Positions 28,601 to 32,000 of a stretch of 32,000 nucleotides of DNA are shown here, in pieces (within the stretch, counting starts at the first letter, position 1; each line of letters starts with the position of its first letter). The stretch spans positions 750,001 through 782,000 of the forward strand of contig NZ_LT906458.1 of the NCBI RefSeq assembly GCF_900187275.1. The letters are read 5' to 3'. The notes below the pieces were generated by a model. It saw only the letters and a list, made by a program, of their open reading frames with translations, searched no databases and was not told where the DNA came from. The position numbers and the translations under genes were made by a program. The DNA is from Pasteurella multocida (GTDB lineage: Bacteria; Pseudomonadota; Gammaproteobacteria; Enterobacterales; Pasteurellaceae).

Positions 28601-31600
28601 TTAAAGGTATTGCCTTGTTTATCTTTTAAGCCAAAACCACCTAATGGGTTGTTATCACCATTTGGATTATTCCCAGCGGTAATATTATCAATTGCTGTTT
28701 TTAAGTCGCCAACATTTACACCATTAGTTTGAACTGCATCTTTTAAAGAAGTTGTTGCTGTACCATCATCTTTTGTTAAACCACTCGCAACATTCTTAAT
28801 CTGGTTACCACCATTATCTAAAACTTTATCTGTTAACTTAACAGTTTTATCGCCGTCGGTAATAGTTAAGCCATCTTTGTTAATCACTGCACTATCTTTC
28901 GGATTACCAGCAGGATCACCAAAGGTTGCACTGGTTAAACCTGATAATGCTTTCGCCAATGCTACAGTAATGGTGTTACCATTGATTTGAGTCATAATAT
29001 TTTGACCTTCATCAAAGTTACCCCAGATTGTGTTTGTTGCTTTACCTTTTACATCCACTTGCGTATTTAATTTCGCATTGTGGACTGTACCATCATTTGC
29101 ACCAAATTTTAAACCATCATTGAGTGTAGCTAGCTCTTCAACGGTTGGATTAGTACCTGCACCAGGAATTTCATAGGTAATACGCGTTTTCTTCTTAGGA
29201 TCATTTGCTGTCGCTGGTGAATTTTCTAAGTCTGGCGCCCCTTCAGCTACTTTAATCTTCGCGCTTGGTGCAGTTACAGAACCTGTTTGAGGTGCATTAC
29301 CTGTTAAAGTGAGAGAACCATCTGTACCATCAAGCACAGCACGATCTTTACCTGTATTATCAGTTAATGTCACTTTACCTGCTTCGCCAGCTGTTGTGCC
29401 TTCAGGTGCTTTACCTAATTTTACGTTATTGGCTAAGCTAATTTCTAAACCTGTTGGATTGTTACCCTCTTTTAGGATCTTAGTGTTAACATTGTTGTCA
29501 CCAGTAACTTTAATTGCCGTACCTAAAGCTTGTTTAATGGTTTGGCCATCTTCACCAATTAAACCAAAACCTTCTGCTTTAAGATCGTTTAACTGCTTGA
29601 CGTTCACCGCATCAGTATCATTATCACCAGCTGCAACATTAGTAATTTTATTACCGCCGTTGTTTAAACCACCTTCGGTTAAGCTTACTGTGTTAGCACC
29701 ATTGGTAATGGTCATACCATCTTTATTGATAGTTGTTTTATCTGTTCCAGTACCAAATGTTGCATCTTTCAAGTTAGAAAGTGTTTTCGCTAATCTTACT
29801 TCTAACGTGTCATCTCCGTTAGCAATGACACCGATATTTTTATCTGCGATAGTTGTAAGTTTATTTCCATCATTCTCACCACCAACAATTTTCATACCTT
29901 GGTTTGAACTACGTGAAATCACTGTGGTATCAGTATCAGGTTTGCCATTTGGATTACTTAACGTCGAGTTATCACCCGCAAAACGCAATGGACGAGTCAA
30001 CGCAAATAACTGGCTACCATTGATTGCATCGGTACTCGCTTCTGTCACTAAACCTGCTGCCACATTTTGTACACGACGCTCTTTACCAACGGCACCAACA
30101 GTGACCACACCAACTGGCTGCGAACCAGCAAAGGTATAACCTGATTTATTTAACCCATTTGCCATATCAGCATAAGCATTCATACTAGAAGTCGAATTAC
30201 CCGTTGTATAAGCAGAATCGGCACCTAAATACACAGAATTTTCTAATGTTGCAGTGACATTATTACCTAAAACAAAATAATTTTTCCCTTTTGTATTTAA
30301 GGTGTTATTCGCTCCAATAACCGATGAGTCAGTTAATGTAAATTCTTCTGTTGAATCAGGATCTGGTAATTGAGCTACTTTATTGTTATGTCCGTAAACA
30401 AACAAACCACTTAAATCTTTCGCTAGCTTTTTATCACTGCTGATTTTGTTGTCATAACCTGTCACATAAATGTCTTTTAGATCATTGGCTGGTGCAGCGG
30501 GTGGTGTACCAGGTACATGAGCCTTCTCTTCAATTGCACCAATAGTGTTCTTGTTACCGACAATACGCGCATTTTCCTTAGCTTTGATTTCATTACTATT
30601 ACCGAAAATACCACTTGCATTAGCAGTTAATGTACTGTTGGTATTACCTAAAGAATATGTTCCCTCGCCACTAATTACTGTAGTTTCTTTGTTACCTAAT
30701 GCACCAGCGTAACCGATACTACCTGAATTTGCACCAGTGACATTCTGGTGAGTACCAAACGCAATTGAGTTTTCACCAGTGGCATTTGCCTTAGTACCAA
30801 TCGCATTAGAAGATACCGCGCCTGAGAAAGCTTCACTACCAAACGCATTACCCGTTAACGAGTTAGCAACCGCACGATCACCAATCGCATTGGCTTTTTC
30901 TGCGGAAGAAACTGCTCTATAACCAATCGCGATCGCACGATCTACATTGCCATTTTGAATATCTTTATTCGATGTTGCAGCTAAACTACCAATCGCAAGT
31001 GAATTATTTCCTTCTGAGTTTGCTCCCGCACCAATTGCTAAACCATATTGATAAGGTTGATTTGAAATTGCTGCATTAGTTGCACTACTTTGTGCTTTGC
31101 CATCATCTAACTCTGGACTACCTACATATAAAGTACCAATAGCAATAGAACCTACACCATGCGCACTCGCTTGATTACCTATAGCGACACTACGCTCTTT
31201 TCTTGCAATAACACTCTGTCCAATTGCCATAGATAATTTACCAACAGCTCCATCATTATCATAATTAGATGGACGATCTGTAAGGTCCTTATCATTAACG
31301 CTGAAGTAATGCGTTTTTTCTGTATTAATTGTATCTCTTAATTGATTCAAATTAACTGCATCAGTACCATTGATCGCTGGCGCTACATTAGAAAGACGCG
31401 TATTCTCTTTTAAAGTAATTTTGTGATTTGCACCACTATTTGGATCTGGTGAAACTAAGTCATATTTAACATCTGAAGTAGCAGAACTATGCGCTAAATT
31501 ATTAAATTGCGCTTGTAATTTCGTCGTGACATCTTCAGAAACACGCTTCAGTTGCGCAACGGTTACTGCATCTTGCTCATCTGCACCATCCGCAACATTA

Positions 31601-32000
31601 GTTAGGCGACGTAAAATATGTTGATTTGCATTTCCTTCTTGACTACCAACAGACACGACTAAAGAAGAATTTTTACCCGTTAAATAACCTGATTTATTAC
31701 TTGCTTTAGCAAGAGAGTTTGCCCCTAGTGCCACATTATTTGCATCTGATTTTGCGTTAGCACCAATTGCAACAGCTTGTTCACCTTCAGCATCTGCACT
31801 AAAACCAACCGCTGTAGATTTTAATCCTGTTGCTTTTGTATCATAACCTAATGCAGTTGCATCTGATGCACTTAACGATTGTGCTCCAACTGCTGTACCA
31901 CGCTGAATTGGTGTGGCCGTTTTATAGTTATTTGAGGCATTACCAATCGAAACATTATCTCCAACAGTTTCTTTCGAGTTAGCTAAATTCGTCCCTGCAT
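25666..32000 (-). CDS. Trimeric autotransporter adhesin (YadA/Hia/EmaA class), 3' portion; N terminus lies beyond the right edge of the window
   Basis: The reading frame is open from 31998 down to stop 25666-25668 (my translation of 31735-31998: AGTNLANSKETVGDNVSIGNAS...ANNV). The GVGSYRSESAIAVGYAR...GGSIGYQW C terminus is a YadA-type anchor. There are five neck signatures (TDAVNLNQL, TDAINGSQL, TDAVNVKQL, KDAVNGSQL, and KQAVNGSQL) and Hep_Hag-like head repeats (SVAIGNQASA, SLAIGS, ANAIGDRAVA, NSIAFGT). Confidence 0.95.
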   Translation of the reverse strand, partial: AGTNLANSKETVGDNVSIGNASNNYKTATPIQRGTAVGAQSLSASDATALGYDTKATGLKSTAVGFSADAEGEQAVAIGANAKSDANNVALGANSLAKASNKSGYLTGKNSSLVVSVGSQEGNANQHILRRLTNVADGADEQDAVTVAQLKRVSEDVTTKLQAQFNNLAHSSATSDVKYDLVSPDPNSGANHKITLKENTRLSNVAPAINGTDAVNLNQLRDTINTEKTHYFSVNDKDLTDRPSNYDNDGAVGKLSMAIGQSVIARKERSVAIGNQASAHGVGSIAIGTLYVGSPELDDGKAQSSATNAAISNQPYQYGLAIGAGANSEGNNSLAIGSLAATSNKDIQNGNVDRAIAIGYRAVSSAEKANAIGDRAVANSLTGNAFGSEAFSGAVSSNAIGTKANATGENSIAFGTHQNVTGANSGSIGYAGALGNKETTVISGEGTYSLGNTNSTLTANASGIFGNSNEIKAKENARIVGNKNTIGAIEEKAHVPGTPPAAPANDLKDIYVTGYDNKISSDKKLAKDLSGLFVYGHNNKVAQLPDPDSTEEFTLTDSSVIGANNTLNTKGKNYFVLGNNVTATLENSVYLGADSAYTTGNSTSSMNAYADMANGLNKSGYTFAGSQPVGVVTVGAVGKERRVQNVAAGLVTEASTDAINGSQLFALTRPLRFAGDNSTLSNPNGKPDTDTTVISRSSNQGMKIVGGENDGNKLTTIADKNIGVIANGDDTLEVRLAKTLSNLKDATFGTGTDKTTINKDGMTITNGANTVSLTEGGLNNGGNKITNVAAGDNDTDAVNVKQLNDLKAEGFGLIGEDGQTIKQALGTAIKVTGDNNVNTKILKEGNNPTGLEISLANNVKLGKAPEGTTAGEAGKVTLTDNTGKDRAVLDGTDGSLTLTGNAPQTGSVTAPSAKIKVAEGAPDLENSPATANDPKKKTRITYEIPGAGTNPTVEELATLNDGLKFGANDGTVHNAKLNTQVDVKGKATNTIWGNFDEGQNIMTQINGNTITVALAKALSGLTSATFGDPAGNPKDSAVINKDGLTITDGDKTVKLTDKVLDNGGNQIKNVASGLTKDDGTATTSLKDAVQTNGVNVGDLKTAIDNITAGNNPNGDNNPLGGFGLKDKQGNTFKQNLGETAAVIGDANVNTKVVDFTDPTTNKAGKALEVSLANQLTLGKAADPTVQGSTGEAGKVTLTDDKGKERAKLDGTDGSLTLTGNAPGTAPADAPSAKIKVATGKADLVGTPNDDPNNAPNNKTRITYEIPGAQPTDPATIEELATLNDGLKFGANDGAVHNAKLNSRVDVKGHANNTTWADFDAGQNIMTQIQGNTITVALAKALKDLTSASFVGGTNNTSSVLNGNGLTITKKADAQDPNAKDTVVSLTEKGLDNGGNQIVNVASGLKNKDGDAVALKDATGDVLNNGVNVGDLKDAITNITSATNGGFGLKDKEGNEFKQDLGTAAQITGDDNINTKVVDGKNGGKALEVSLADNITLGKPTEGGVEGVDGSVKVTGKDGASVVLNGKDGTIGLTGPRGADGKSVSTDIGVKEGAAGVDGTDGANGTSKTRIVYTLKDKDGNPIKDANDQPITEEVATLNDGMKFEGNDGTVVTRKLNETLGIKGGIDATTVKDNSKVSSGNLGVRAVKDDQGNPTGSLEVVMKERPEFSGIVLNGKDGQDASIKFTDKDGNESLSMTTTKDKDGNATLSLVNPTADKFVKITGVAEGDISPTSKDAVNGSQLHAVKETAELAASGWNISVNENANNNVSNVKPKHTVDLNNTDGNIVISKTVDNDKHNVTFDLANKVVIGPKDGTNQPQEGAVVISGKEGADGKGSISIAGKDGKDAVAISGKDGVGTIGLTGPAGADGKNANAIIGVKDSVKGLDGNDGKDGNSKTRIVYTKPDGTEEQVATMNDGLVFGADKGTEHKAKLGTTVKVKGDDKNIETEVAGDTIRVRLKDNIDVKGINVTENLTVKEGAKINMGNNVIDGVADGEVSATSKQAVNGSQLHKVQQQVNNQATAINKLGDHINKVDKDLRAGIAGATAVAFLQRPNEAGKSIVSLGVGSYRSESAIAVGYARNSDNNKISIKLGGGMNSRGDVNFGGSIGYQW
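25669..25902 (-). other. YadA-like C-terminal membrane anchor (translocator) region of the adhesin
   Basis: DKDLRAGIAGATAVAFLQRPNEAGKSIVSLGVGSYRSESAIAVGYARNSDNNKISIKLGGGMNSRGDVNFGGSIGYQW: a coiled-coil exit plus four beta strands, ending in an aromatic residue. Confidence 0.9.
26185..26589 (-). repeat. Adhesin passenger module, diverged partial copy 4 (~aa 1716-1850)
   Basis: NKVVIGPK...GTIGLTGPAGADGKN...KTRIVYTKPDGTEEQVATMNDGLVFGADKG is collinear with copy 3. Confidence 0.5.
27145..27675 (-). repeat. Adhesin passenger module, diverged partial copy 3 (~aa 1354-1530)
   Basis: GGFGLKDKEGNEFKQDLG...ALEVSLADNITLGK...KTRIVYTL...EEVATLNDGMKFEGNDG follows the same order as copies 1 and 2, but the central linker is replaced by G-X-Y-rich sequence. 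Confidence 0.55.
27676..28647 (-). repeat. Adhesin passenger module, tandem copy 2 (~aa 1030-1353)
   Basis: Same motif order as copy 1: GKVTLTDDKGKERAKLDGTDGSLTLTGNAP...KTRITYEIPG...EELATLNDGLKFGANDGAVHNAKLN...QNIMTQIQGNTITVALAKAL...NGGNQIVNVASGL. A 36-nt stretch at 28343-28378 matches 29300-29335 with one mismatch, an offset of 957 bp. Confidence 0.85.
28648..29589 (-). repeat. Adhesin passenger module, tandem copy 1 (~aa 716-1029 of the visible ORF)
   Basis: GFGL...GKVTLTDNTGKDRAVLDGTDGSLTLTGNAP...KTRITYEIPG...EELATLNDGLKFGANDGTVHNAKLN...QNIMTQINGNTITVALAKAL...NGGNQIKNVASGL. This is collinear with copy 2. Confidence 0.85.

Noticed and set aside
25996-30139. Many long plus-strand ORFs antisense to the adhesin gene (for example 27377-28015, 28226-28732 and 29309-30139), encoding Pro/Ser/Leu/Thr-rich proteins.
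   Set aside because: They are low-complexity mirror frames of a Gly/Asp/Asn/Thr/Lys-rich repetitive CDS. They have no RBS or start context and no family resemblance. The sense frame has unmistakable TAA motifs and a terminator.
1-32000. A search of the whole window for CRISPR repeats, IS inverted repeats, transposase, integrase or phage genes, tRNA or rRNA genes, and clustered defence-type genes.
   Set aside because: No regularly spaced direct repeats were found, and no ORF has transposase, integrase or phage-like motifs. Every ORF of 100 aa or more outside the adhesin is assigned to a core-type or recognisable protein family. The only tandem repeats are the coding modules of the adhesin.

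Overview
This window looks like core chromosome of a Pasteurellaceae genome. I count 12 perfect Hin-type uptake signal cores (AAGTGCGGT), and several gene neighbourhoods match what I recall of Haemophilus influenzae and E. coli: cvpA-purF-ubiX, yfbV/ackA-pta, folE/moeAB and rnd-fadD-slp-tsaB-yoaA.

Left to right the genes are: ycaO (5' end off-window), zapG/yhcB, an orphan CPBP intramembrane protease, a DUF695/RraB-like gene behind xthA, acs, folE, moeA-moeB, ubiX, purF, cvpA, yfbV, ackA, pta, rnd, fadD, an Slp-family lipoprotein, tsaB, yoaA, yeaD, an AEC-family transporter and yhbY.

From 25666 to the right edge lies the 3' portion (more than 2,110 codons) of a giant trimeric autotransporter adhesin (TAA) on the minus strand. 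This is the only clearly accessory locus. It contains diverged tandem modules of about 0.96 kb, short collagen-like G-X-Y tracts, and no uptake signal cores.

I found no CRISPR array, IS element, integrase, prophage gene, recognisable toxin-antitoxin pair or defence gene, and no tRNA or rRNA gene. I cannot support any claim of a new multi-gene system here.

The observations most worth a second look are:
- the TAA architecture;
- an orphan tRNA-3'-end-like 25-mer between folE and moeA;
- a MoeB that appears to lack all four zinc-ligand cysteines;
- a DUF695/RraB-like gene tightly coupled to xthA;
- a candidate SOS box in front of yoaA.

CDS starts were re-picked where the ORF track began at upstream TTG, GTG or ATG codons. 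All homology statements come from my memory of protein families, not from a search.
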